A DNA stretch of 64,000 nucleotides, taken from IMG/VR virus record IMGVR_UViG_3300033233_000010, positions 1 to 64,000 of that record; one strand, given 5' to 3'. Below the pieces are notes generated by a model, which was given only the letters and a program-made list of their open reading frames with translations, did not search any database and had not been told where the DNA came from. The position numbers and the translations under genes were made by a program. Numbering within the stretch: position 1 is the first letter of the stretch; the number at the start of each line of letters is the position of its first letter. Shown one piece after another: positions 44,784 through 53,587 of this stretch. This stretch comes from a virus.

Positions 44784-45287
44784 CTACCCCTGGCGCGCGT
44801 CATCGGACCCGAGCGACTTGAGGGGCCGGCGCGTGAGCTTCTCCGTCGTCTCCTGGGCCAGTTGGCGAAGCCGCTCGCGCGTGCGCTTGCGCGTCTCGTC
44901 GGCCTGGTGCATGCGCTCGAACTTCTTCTGGGAGAGGTCGGTGATGGTCTGGAATGAGAGCGGAAAGAGCGTGCGCGCCCCCACGGCGCGACCGCCGACG
45001 CCACCCGAGTAGCTCGGGGGCGACTCGACGAGCGGCTTCGTGGCGGAGACCGCGCTGCTCGACTCCGTCTTGGGCTTCTCCTCGGACTGAGGCTTCTGCT
45101 CGATCGTGAAGCCGGTCTTGAGGTTGTACCGGAGATGGCCCTCGCGCATCAGTTCGCCGAGCACGTCGGCGGTCTTGTCGACTGCGCCGAGCGATGCTTC
45201 GGCCACGTCCTTGAGCCGCACGGCGGCGGGCTTCTTGGCCGCGATGGTGTGGACAGCGCGCAGGACGGCTTCTTGTTCCGCGTTCAC
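44784..45287 (-). CDS. winged-helix-like DNA-binding protein
   Basis: N-terminal wHTH-like pattern. Confidence 0.55.
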   Translation of the reverse strand: MNAEQEAVLRAVHTIAAKKPAAVRLKDVAEASLGAVDKTADVLGELMREGHLRYNLKTGFTIEQKPQSEEKPKTESSSAVSATKPLVESPPSYSGGVGGRAVGARTLFPLSFQTITDLSQKKFERMHQADETRKRTRERLRQLAQETTEKLTRRPLKSLGSDDARQG

Positions 45288-45610
45288 AGAGACCCCCGAG
45301 CTGCCTCCACGATGCCTTCGAGGAAGGCGAGGGCATGAAGCTGAACCGTACCGTGATCGAGACCGGCGTCTTTGGCGATGGCATCGCAGGCGACCATGAA
45401 CGCCTGCCCGATCGCCTCCGCGCCGTCTTCTTCCTTGAGCTGTGAGGAGACGTAGTCGAACGTCGCTCGCACGACCTCGTCGATCGACTTGCTGTCGGAC
45501 GCGTCGGTCTTGAGCGTACCGGGCTTGGTGGTCGTGACGGCGGGAGCGGGCTCAGCCTTGACCCCGGCGAGAAACGAGTCCAGGTCTTCCGCCAGTCGCT
45601 TGAGGCTCAC
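45284..45610 (-). CDS. hypothetical protein
   Basis: GTGA coupling. Confidence 0.7.
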   Translation of the reverse strand: MSLKRLAEDLDSFLAGVKAEPAPAVTTTKPGTLKTDASDSKSIDEVVRATFDYVSSQLKEEDGAEAIGQAFMVACDAIAKDAGLDHGTVQLHALAFLEGIVEAARGSL

Positions 45611-45843
45611 AGGGGCGAGCCTCCGGGATTGACGTTGGCATCCTTCGAGTCGACGTAGAAGACGCCGCCCTCGGACGACGGCTTGCCGCCGGTGCGCTTG
45701 ACGGCGAGCCTGCCGCCCGAGACGGACTGGACGTAGCCTTTGTCACCGCCGGTGGTCGTCACGTAGTCGCCGACCTTGGCCTCCGCCAGCGACCGGAACG
45801 TCTCGATCGCCTCACGGAGACCGGGCTTGAGCATCTTGTCCAC
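45607..45843 (-). CDS. SH3/KOW-like protein with N-terminal FRSLAE-A leader
   Basis: KVGDYVTTTGGDKGYV. Confidence 0.7.
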   Translation of the reverse strand: MDKMLKPGLREAIETFRSLAEAKVGDYVTTTGGDKGYVQSVSGGRLAVKRTGGKPSSEGGVFYVDSKDANVNPGGSPL

Positions 45844-45902
45844 GACGATCCTCCGCTGACGGGCCTCGACCTCGGTGAACGACGACTTCGCGTCGGCTTG
45901 GA

Positions 45903-46841
45903 CTACGCCAGGCCGTGCTGCCGGACGAACGCCTGGTCGGCGTCCTCGCCGGGACGGATGCCGTCTTCCTGCTCGAAGCGCACGTCGACCTTCTCGCGAC
46001 CCGACGCGTCGTAGCCGGGGCCGGAGACGCCAGCCGTCGAACGCGTGGCCGCGGCCTTGGCCTCGGCGTCGGCGGGGATCGACGCGGCGTCGCCCTTGTA
46101 GTCCTTGTCGGGCTTGACGTGGTCGTCGAACTTGGACTTCGACGCCGTCTGCGCCTTGCCGTCCGGGGTCTTCTGGTCGGGCGCCGGTGCGGGGATGCCG
46201 GCCTCGGCGACGGGTCGGCGACGCAGGTCACCGACTCGGTCTTGGAGCATCGCCGCGGCGAACTCCAGGTCTTCCTGGTCGTTCTTCGGCGTCGACCGGA
46301 AGTTGTCCTGGCCCTCGTCCTCGCGCTGCTTCCCGCGCTGCTCGTGACGCACGTCCACGCGCTCGCGCCCGGTCGCATCGTAGCCGGGACCCTTCACGCC
46401 AGCCGTCGAGCGAGTAGCCGCGGCCTTCGCCTCGGGATCGCTCGGCTCGCTGACCTTGTCGCGCTTGTAGTCCTGCTGGTCCTTGGGCTCGGTGCCCGTG
46501 AACTTGGACTTCGACGCGGTCTGCTTCCCGCTCGCGACCTGGCCTTGGGGGGCGGGCGCCGGGAGGGCCGCTTCGTTGACCGAGCGGAACCGCTGGATTG
46601 CGTCGTGGAGACTCATCGTGTTCAACTCCTCGCCGAGCGTTTCGCGCCCGTATTCTCGTGGCTTCGTCGGATGCTTGATGGGGACCGTCCGCATCGCACC
46701 CTTGAACCGTCCGTGCCGAGTGGGTTTCGCTCCGCGAATGACCTTCTTGCGGATCTCGCCGAGGAGGCGGTCGACATCGGGGTGGTCCATCTCGGAAAGC
46801 TCCACACGTTTATGGTAACTCGCGGACGGGGTTGGCGTCAC
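45903..46841 (-). CDS. charged low-complexity protein with two ~75-aa tandem repeats (candidate virion protein)
   Basis: KQTASKSKF...AEAKAAATRSTAGV.GPGYDA.GRE.VDVR.EQ twice; start uncertain. Confidence 0.7.
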   Translation of the reverse strand: MTPTPSASYHKRVELSEMDHPDVDRLLGEIRKKVIRGAKPTRHGRFKGAMRTVPIKHPTKPREYGRETLGEELNTMSLHDAIQRFRSVNEAALPAPAPQGQVASGKQTASKSKFTGTEPKDQQDYKRDKVSEPSDPEAKAAATRSTAGVKGPGYDATGRERVDVRHEQRGKQREDEGQDNFRSTPKNDQEDLEFAAAMLQDRVGDLRRRPVAEAGIPAPAPDQKTPDGKAQTASKSKFDDHVKPDKDYKGDAASIPADAEAKAAATRSTAGVSGPGYDASGREKVDVRFEQEDGIRPGEDADQAFVRQHGLA

Positions 46842-47765
46842 CTACTCTCCTGTTCCGGCTGGGCCGGATCGGCGGATGAGCGGTGGAGCAGTCTTCTTGG
46901 ACCTGCGCTTGCCCCCCTCGCTTCGGACATCGACGGCGCGCTGTCCGTTGATGGACCCCATGAAGGGACCAACGGACAACGCGACCGTGGCTTCGGCGAG
47001 AGTGGCGCGAAAGGCTCGGATGACTTCGCGCAGCTGCTCGTAGGTGTGGAGGATCTTGTGCTGAGCGCTCGGCTTGGTTGTGATGAAGCGCTTCCCGGCG
47101 TGCTGGACGACGTGAACGGGTCGACCGATCTGACTGCGGATCTCCTTCGCCTGTCGGAACAGGTGGACCGTGTGGGCGAGCGTCCCAGGCTTGTGCCGTG
47201 TGGAGAGAACTCCGGCGGGTTCGGCGGGAGCGGGCGGCTTGGGCGTCGGCTCCGCGGGCGGTTGAGCGCCGAGCCACGCGAGCTTGGCTCCGAGCGCGGG
47301 CGAAGGCTTGGTCTCGCGAGCGCTCGCGTGCTGCGCGTCGGGTGCAGCGGTCGGGGTCGCCTGGGTGCTTCGTTTGGCGGGTAGCCACGAGTGTGAGGCG
47401 GGGCGCGCGGTCGCTGCCGGCGTAGCGGCGGGCTCGGCTTGGGGAGCATGGCGAGAAGCGGGTGCCCGCGATGTCGACGGCTTGAACGGAGTGTGAGCGT
47501 GGGGCTCCGTAGTCGCGTAGTGGGCGCGCGACTGGGTAGCCGCCTTCGGGTCAACAGCGGGACGTTGGGCGCGCTGCTTCCGCGCGGCGAGAGCCTGAAA
47601 GGCCGGGTGCCTCGGCTGGGGTCGCATCTGCGGTGTCGATGGCGGCGGTCCGCGACGACGCTTCCGCTCGATGGGGAAGTTCTTGGGCATCTCGCGCTGG
47701 GGCGAGACGAGGCCCTTGATGCGCGAGAGTAGGCCCTCGTCGACGATCCGTTCGGACAGGCTCAC
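46842..47765 (-). CDS. basic Pro/Ala-rich protein (candidate virion protein)
   Basis: MSLSERIVDE-G leader; composition. Confidence 0.65.
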   Translation of the reverse strand: MSLSERIVDEGLLSRIKGLVSPQREMPKNFPIERKRRRGPPPSTPQMRPQPRHPAFQALAARKQRAQRPAVDPKAATQSRAHYATTEPHAHTPFKPSTSRAPASRHAPQAEPAATPAATARPASHSWLPAKRSTQATPTAAPDAQHASARETKPSPALGAKLAWLGAQPPAEPTPKPPAPAEPAGVLSTRHKPGTLAHTVHLFRQAKEIRSQIGRPVHVVQHAGKRFITTKPSAQHKILHTYEQLREVIRAFRATLAEATVALSVGPFMGSINGQRAVDVRSEGGKRRSKKTAPPLIRRSGPAGTGE

Positions 47766-47780
47766 CTTGGCCGGCGTCTC

Positions 47781-48962
47781 CTACTTGTGGTGGAACTTCT
47801 TGAGGGTTTGCGCCAACCTCGCGCGCTTGCCTTCCTTGCCACCCTTCTCGGCGGCGGCGGCGAGCTTCCCGGCTGGGATCTTCTTGCCCTCGGGCACGCC
47901 CATCTGCTTGTGGAGCGCGCCCTTCTTCATGTGCATCGCGGCGATCCACTTCTTCGCCTCGTCGAGCTGCATGCCGGCGGTCCGATCTTCGGCGACCTCG
48001 GCCTGGGCAGACGCGTCGCGAAGCGAAGCGGCGCCGACACGCGCCTCGCGGAGCATGCTCGCGCTCGGCTGGCTCACGCCCTCCTTGACGGTGATGTCGT
48101 CCTTGGCGAGCGGTGCGGTGCCGCCGTTGGCCGAGTTGAACTGGCCGGGCTCGACCTCGGCGGGCGAGCGGAGCTTGCCGCCGAGACCCTTGAGCGCCTT
48201 GCCGATCTTCTCGCCCTTGGGCTTGGGCACCGACTCGCCCTCGACGGCGGGCTCGGCGTCGACGGGCGGAGTCGTCGTCTCGGTCGTCGGCTTCACTCCG
48301 AGGTCGGCTGCGTTGCGGAGCCTGGCCGCGTCGTCGGCGGCGAACTGCGCGATGTCGGCGATCGTGAACGCCGGCTTGTTGCTCACGCCGGTTCCGAGTT
48401 CGAGCGCCGGGTTCGACTCGTGCTGAGTCTTGAGCGACTTTTCCAGCGCAGCGCCGTCGACCAGCATCGGTCGTTCGAGGAACGCCGTGGGGAGGCGCAT
48501 CGCGGCTCCGGCGTTCCCGGACGTGGTCATCTCGGCGACCAGCTTGTCCTTCAGGGCCGGGAGATCCTCGATCGCGATGTTGAGGATCTCACCGGCGACG
48601 AACTGCTTGATCGCCTTGGCGTCATCACCACTGACACCGTACTGGCGCATGTCGGGCACGCGTCCCATGCGCATCGCCACCTCGGCGATGCCCATGACGA
48701 TCGTCGGGTTGAGCCCACGATCCTCGGCGAACTTGTCGATCTCGGTCTTCCGCGAGTGGAGGACCAGCTCGCGCGTGTCGGGCGACATGAGCTTGGCGTC
48801 GCGGCTGAACCCGCCCACCGGCGCTTCGAGCGGCGAGTCTTCGTCCATGCGCATCGCGGCGGGAGAGTTGAGCGCAGCGCCGGGACCGCCGCTACGAACC
48901 CGATGGTTCGCCGGATCGCTCGGGTCCCACTTGTTCTTGCCGTTCTTTCCGTTGGTACTCAT
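47781..48962 (-). CDS. candidate virion protein, paralog A, with basic C-terminal KWI...GALH...GVPEGKKIP domain
   Basis: Shares three blocks with 48959-50692; C-terminal domain recalled from other phage proteins. Confidence 0.75.
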   Translation of the reverse strand: MSTNGKNGKNKWDPSDPANHRVRSGGPGAALNSPAAMRMDEDSPLEAPVGGFSRDAKLMSPDTRELVLHSRKTEIDKFAEDRGLNPTIVMGIAEVAMRMGRVPDMRQYGVSGDDAKAIKQFVAGEILNIAIEDLPALKDKLVAEMTTSGNAGAAMRLPTAFLERPMLVDGAALEKSLKTQHESNPALELGTGVSNKPAFTIADIAQFAADDAARLRNAADLGVKPTTETTTPPVDAEPAVEGESVPKPKGEKIGKALKGLGGKLRSPAEVEPGQFNSANGGTAPLAKDDITVKEGVSQPSASMLREARVGAASLRDASAQAEVAEDRTAGMQLDEAKKWIAAMHMKKGALHKQMGVPEGKKIPAGKLAAAAEKGGKEGKRARLAQTLKKFHHK

Positions 48963-50692
48963 CGTTCTCCTCGTAGTACGGCAGCGCCGACGCCCGATCC
49001 GCGAAGCACCCTAGCGCTGGGGGTGTCCAGGTCTTCCTTCACCGAGATGTCGAAAGCCGGAAGCGTGGCGGTGCCATGCGAGGCGTTGTTGAACTGCCCC
49101 GGCTCCGCTTCGGCTGGCGACCGCAGCTTGTTGCCGAGCCCCCTGAGCACCCGACCGATGCGCTCACCCTTGGGCTTCGGGATTGTGTCCTCGGAGAACA
49201 CGTCGGCGAGCGTGTGGTGCTGCTCGGTGTGCTCCTCGGGGAGTCCGGCGAGCTTGCGACCGTGCTTATGCGCGGCGGCGAACGCCGCATCTCCCTTTGC
49301 CCTGTCGGGGTGCTGGAGGACACTCTTCCAGTCGCCAGCCGCCATGTGCTTGAAGAGGTCGCCGAAGTGGGGATCGTCGTGGGCTTGCTTGGCAAGCTCC
49401 GCGGCTCCGGCTTGGGCGTGCTCGGTGGAAGTACGGTTCTTCGGATCGGACTTCTCCGCCTTCACCTTCGCCATGATCTTGTCCATCATCCCCTGGATCG
49501 GCGACTTCGGCTTGGCCGCGGCCTGCGCCGCCATCTTCGCGTGTTGAGCGGCCAACTTCGCCTCGCGCTCAGCCGCGGCCTTTTCAGCGGCCTCCTTCTT
49601 CGCCTTCTCTTGCCCTTCCTTCTTCGCCTTCTCCTCCGGGGTATCGGGCTGGTCGAGATCGAGCTTGGAGAAGCGCTTCCAGATGTGCGAGTCGACGCCG
49701 GGGGGCACGGGCTTCTCACCGGACTTCGCCGGTTCGGCTGCGGCAGATGCAGCCTTGGGCGCGGGTCCTGCCGTGGGCTCCGGCTTGGCGTCCGCGTTGT
49801 GGATCGGGTGATCAGGCGCGTGCCCCATCGAGCGAGGCACGCCGAAGACCATCTTCCAGCCTTCGGGGAGATGCCCCTTCGTCTTGAGCTGCGCGAGCGC
49901 CGTCGACTGCTCCGACGTGAGCTTCTTGGTGGGGTCGATGTGGTCCGAGTGCGGCGAGCCGGAACCGTAGTGGATGTTCAGGCTGTGACCTGGCTTCACG
50001 TCGAGGTGCCCGATGCCCTTCATCGCGATGGAGTGAAGCACGGGGCCGGGCGTGACCTTGCCCCAGTCGGCCTCGTGCTTCTCCTTGTGGCCCTTCGTCT
50101 GTTGGCTGACCCAGGCTTCGAGATCCTTGTGGACCTTGTGCTGAGGGGACTTGACCGCGTGCTTCGTGTCAGGGTTGCTGCTGCTCGGCTTGCCATGCTT
50201 GACGACGTGATGCACAGCCGCCTTCACCGGCTCCGGCAGATCCTTGAAGTTCTGGTGCTTGGTGAGGTCGTGGATCGTCGGCGTGCCCTCGAAGTTCTCC
50301 ACGACTGGGCGCAGAGCGCGACGGGCGTCCTCGTCGGCGAGCTGGGCGATGTCGGCGATGGTAAGCGCCGGCTTGTCGGACACGCCCGTCCCGAGGGAGA
50401 GCGTGGGGCGCGTGTTCTCGCGCTCGGCGATCTGTCGCTCCAGCTGACCGATGTCGATCATCGCGGGACGGCTCATGATCGCGGAGGCGAGGCGCATCGC
50501 CTGGGGACACGCTGGAGCATCGGCGCCGGAGTCCTCTTGCAACGGGCGGGGCTCCGTCTCGGGCTCCGGCGTCGGCTCCTGCTCCAGCGCCGGGAACATG
50601 GCGGAGGTGAGAGAGGCGCCAGGCCCGCCGTTACGAACCCGGTGATTGGCGGGATCGTTCGGGTCCCACTTCTTCTTGCCGTCCTTGCTCAT
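48959..50692 (-). CDS. candidate virion protein, paralog B, with large His/Lys/Ala-rich insert
   Basis: WDPNDPANHRVR, GTGVSDKPALTIADIAQ and KPKGE.IG..L.GLG.KLRSPAE blocks shared with paralog A. Confidence 0.75.
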   Translation of the reverse strand: MSKDGKKKWDPNDPANHRVRNGGPGASLTSAMFPALEQEPTPEPETEPRPLQEDSGADAPACPQAMRLASAIMSRPAMIDIGQLERQIAERENTRPTLSLGTGVSDKPALTIADIAQLADEDARRALRPVVENFEGTPTIHDLTKHQNFKDLPEPVKAAVHHVVKHGKPSSSNPDTKHAVKSPQHKVHKDLEAWVSQQTKGHKEKHEADWGKVTPGPVLHSIAMKGIGHLDVKPGHSLNIHYGSGSPHSDHIDPTKKLTSEQSTALAQLKTKGHLPEGWKMVFGVPRSMGHAPDHPIHNADAKPEPTAGPAPKAASAAAEPAKSGEKPVPPGVDSHIWKRFSKLDLDQPDTPEEKAKKEGQEKAKKEAAEKAAAEREAKLAAQHAKMAAQAAAKPKSPIQGMMDKIMAKVKAEKSDPKNRTSTEHAQAGAAELAKQAHDDPHFGDLFKHMAAGDWKSVLQHPDRAKGDAAFAAAHKHGRKLAGLPEEHTEQHHTLADVFSEDTIPKPKGERIGRVLRGLGNKLRSPAEAEPGQFNNASHGTATLPAFDISVKEDLDTPSARVLRGSGVGAAVLRGER

Positions 50693-50809
50693 CGGGGTCC
50701 CTCGGTTGCCGTCTCGGGCTCTAGACGAACTGGAATAGGGTAGCACCTAAGAGTCTACCCCTAAAGCCCGTTCGATGCCTAGCGTCCGCCGACGACCCAT
50801 CGGCCCAGT

Positions 50810-51193
50810 TCAGTTCGGTCCGGTTCCGGCAACGGCCCGAGCCATGTCCTCGCGCGTTCGCTTGCTCGGGCCGAAGTAGAACGCCTTGGCGCCGAACAGA
50901 CGAACGGCGTAGTAGTACCGCCACGCCGCGAACCTGTAGAACAGGCGCTTGAACCAGGTGCTCTGCCTACGCGCGTGTTCAGCCATCGCCTTGTGGAACC
51001 GCCGGTCGGCATCGTAGCGATCACGCTTCGTGCAGCCGAGCCAGTAGTCGAAATCGTGAGTCTCACATGGACAACCGAAAACCAGATCTGGAATTATCCA
51101 TGAGATGCCTCTAGGTCCGCACCCGTTACATACCGCCTTCCGTTCGGCTGGCGTAAGGTCTTCAAACCGTAAGGGACGAGCCGGAGTGGTCAC
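50810..51193 (-). CDS. phage NGCG...CxxHDxxY protein (phospholipase-A2-like HD motif)
   Basis: NGCGP...IPDL.FGCPCETHDFDY..G....R..AD..F. Confidence 0.6.
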   Translation of the reverse strand: MTTPARPLRFEDLTPAERKAVCNGCGPRGISWIIPDLVFGCPCETHDFDYWLGCTKRDRYDADRRFHKAMAEHARRQSTWFKRLFYRFAAWRYYYAVRLFGAKAFYFGPSKRTREDMARAVAGTGPN

Positions 51194-51915
51194 TTGATTA
51201 CCCTTGCGATCTTCCAACCGTGATGAGCTATCTTACGCCCATGCACAACCTCGTAGAACCCCCATTCACCCATTCCGCGCTCGCGGCAAAAGACCTTGAG
51301 GTTGTCAGTCTCGAAGACAGTCCCGCTCGGATCGGTGATCGTGTAGCGAAACGTGCAGTGCGCCTCGCTGATCTTACGCCGATGTTCGGGCGTCTTTGGT
51401 TTTCCCGTGTGCAGGCAGCGTAGACGCTCGACTTCCTTTAGCGAAAGACGACGACCCAGGTGCGTCGCGCTAATCTTTGCCCGCGCCTCCGGCGAGTGTG
51501 TCTGGCCCCACATCGAGTTCTTCTTGCCGAGCTTGCACACCCGCATCTTCCTGATAGAGGCTGAGCGATGGCGTCTGCCGAAACCGCCGAGACCTCCCGG
51601 TGTGCAGTTGTAACCGTTCTGAATAGATGCCAGCCTGGCGATCCAGTGCCGCTCGGCGGTATCAAGTTCGGCTTGGTTAGAACACGCAGCCACCACTGAC
51701 ACTGTAAACGCGGTCCAACCATACTTGGCTATTGCGCACGCCAGCTTAGGCTGTCTTCGGCAATGACCTCTTCGGTAATTGTCCAGGCGATGCGCTAGAT
51801 CAACCGTCTGCCCGACATAGACACGACCACTCGGGCTACGAAGACAATAGACGACGCCGAAGTGGTCGCACGCAGACTCAAAGACGAAATTCGATACGCT
51901 GCTCTCGATACTCAA
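51065..51915 (-). mobile_element. GIY-YIG cassette carrying a recoded replacement 5' end of its target gene
   Basis: Both junctions follow the G-C-P-C codons; duplicated N-terminus is synonymously recoded. Confidence 0.8.
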
Positions 51916-52032
51916 ACACGGACACCCGAAGATCAGATCGGGGATGATCCACGAGACGCCCTTGGGACCGCAGCCGTTCGAGACAGCTGCGATCTCTTGC
52001 TTGGTCAGGACTTCCCAGGTGATCGAGGTCAC
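51190..52032 (-). CDS. GIY-YIG homing endonuclease with NUMOD3-like repeats, fused in frame to the original 39 codons of the target gene
   Basis: GVVYCL...VYVGQT...R...Y; HS.E...KIS repeats; NGYN. Confidence 0.9.
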   Translation of the reverse strand: MTSITWEVLTKQEIAAVSNGCGPKGVSWIIPDLIFGCPCLSIESSVSNFVFESACDHFGVVYCLRSPSGRVYVGQTVDLAHRLDNYRRGHCRRQPKLACAIAKYGWTAFTVSVVAACSNQAELDTAERHWIARLASIQNGYNCTPGGLGGFGRRHRSASIRKMRVCKLGKKNSMWGQTHSPEARAKISATHLGRRLSLKEVERLRCLHTGKPKTPEHRRKISEAHCTFRYTITDPSGTVFETDNLKVFCRERGMGEWGFYEVVHGRKIAHHGWKIARVIK

Positions 52033-52035
52033 GCG

Positions 52036-52347
52036 CTAGTCCGTGAAGCGGTACGAGAAGCTCTGGTGCCCGGCGTCCTTGACCTTTACGGTGACGGACC
52101 CATCGCCCTTGGTGCCGAAGCTCGGTCCGAGCGTGAGGACGAGTTTGCCGTTGGCGTCGAGCACCCCATCCACCGGAGAAATGTACATGGGCGCTGTGGT
52201 CTCCAGCGTGACCTTCTTGCCCGCCCCCGCCGTGCCGTTCTTGTGCTCGATGGTGAGCTTCTGCAACGAGGACTGATCGCCCTTGACGAGAACGGGTGCG
52301 CCGCTCTCGATGGCGGTGTTGTCTTTCTTGACGACGAAGCCAGCCAT
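52036..52347 (-). CDS. small beta-rich (Ig-like) putative virion protein
   Basis: Beta-strand pattern; SD GGAAGGA; structural block. Confidence 0.55.
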   Translation of the reverse strand: MAGFVVKKDNTAIESGAPVLVKGDQSSLQKLTIEHKNGTAGAGKKVTLETTAPMYISPVDGVLDANGKLVLTLGPSFGTKGDGSVTVKVKDAGHQSFSYRFTD

Positions 52348-52359
52348 GATCGTTCCTTC

Positions 52360-52911
52360 CTAGTTCCAGTTCGCGGTGATGTGGCGCTGCGGGAGCTTGT
52401 CCGACGTGATGATGAGATCGCAAGTGCCACGTTCGAGCGAAGATCCGACCGTGAACTCCAGCTTGCCGTTCGCGTCGAACGCGCCACCCGTCTTGCTGAT
52501 CGGCATCCGGGGGGCGATGATCTTCACCACCTCGCCGTGGCCGTCCGAGTCGTTGCCGTTCCCGTCCTTGAACTTGAGCGTGATCGTCGTGGCCGAGTCC
52601 AGGCCCGCGTTCTTGTCGATCGTACCGGGCTCTCCGATGTCCGTGGTCCCGCCGTCGATGGTCACGATGAAGCTCTCCGCGACACGGTCCACGAGCCCAT
52701 CGAGCACGGCCTTCTCGTCCGTGTCGAGGTCACGAACGCCCGTGACGATGACGTTCGTCTCGTCGGAGTTGAAACCGCTCTGGTCCCAGAACGTCGGGAG
52801 CGCCGCTTCGACGAGGGCGGACAGGTGATCGCTCATCTGTCCGGTGAAACCGCCTCCGCAGCCCGGGATGTTGGCAACCGGGTAGACGTACGGTTGAGCG
52901 ACGGTGGTCAT
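52360..52911 (-). CDS. putative virion protein with Ig-like C-terminal region
   Basis: SD AAGGAGG; shares D.NGKL motif with 52036 gene. Confidence 0.6.
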   Translation of the reverse strand: MTTVAQPYVYPVANIPGCGGGFTGQMSDHLSALVEAALPTFWDQSGFNSDETNVIVTGVRDLDTDEKAVLDGLVDRVAESFIVTIDGGTTDIGEPGTIDKNAGLDSATTITLKFKDGNGNDSDGHGEVVKIIAPRMPISKTGGAFDANGKLEFTVGSSLERGTCDLIITSDKLPQRHITANWN

Positions 52912-53052
52912 GGGTCCTCCTTTTCCTTCGAGCGCTCAGCTTGCGCTCGGGCAGAGTCATCTTCGGACCAAGGGTGTCAAACTGCCCATAGAAATCCGAA
53001 GCCAGACCGGTCTTGTCGCTCGCAAGACCTTACGTGGTTCCGAAGATACGAC

Positions 53053-53586
53053 CTAAGAAGTCATACCGCGCGCGTCGCGCAGCGTGGTGTCGGGAATCGA
53101 AGCGTCAAACTGCGCGAAGTCCCACGTCACCTTCGGGGGAGCGTCCGACGCGAGGATCTCATCCTTGGTCGTGTAGTAGTAAGCGAGGATCGAGTCGATC
53201 CAACCGAGTGCCTTCTCGATGTATGCGGCGCGGTCTGTGTAGCCCTTGGCGAGCGCCTGTGACCAGAGGGCGAGGAGGCTCGCCTGCGACCCCTCATCGT
53301 AGACGCCGAAAATGTACGCCTTGCACGCGGCACGTAGCTCGCCGATCCGGGCCTCGCGTGCTTCGGGGAGAACGTCATGGGCGTCGATGAGGCTTCCGAT
53401 GAGCGCAATCTCATCAGCGGTCGCGTCGTCTGGCAGATGGACGATTGTTCGTGCCTTGTCGTCCACGCCTTCCGGGTCGCCCGAAACGCCAAAGAAGCGA
53501 CCCTTGCCGCCCTTCGCGAGCTGCGCCGCGATCTCCGCGTCGAGCTTCCCCGTGTCGGTGATCTTGGCGAACTTGAGGTCGATCAT
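53053..53586 (-). CDS. putative tail-fibre assembly chaperone
   Basis: Directly downstream of the fibre gene; helical C-terminal W...I......K..I..A...V.WDF. Confidence 0.5.
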   Translation of the reverse strand: MIDLKFAKITDTGKLDAEIAAQLAKGGKGRFFGVSGDPEGVDDKARTIVHLPDDATADEIALIGSLIDAHDVLPEAREARIGELRAACKAYIFGVYDEGSQASLLALWSQALAKGYTDRAAYIEKALGWIDSILAYYYTTKDEILASDAPPKVTWDFAQFDASIPDTTLRDARGMTS

Positions 53587-53587
53587 C

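Noticed and set aside
36075-51915. Self-splicing group I introns as the explanation for the thyX and PLA2-like cassettes
   Set aside because: Each downstream gene has its own start codon and a full replacement N-terminus, so splicing is unnecessary, and there is little non-coding room for a ribozyme core. This was not tested by folding.
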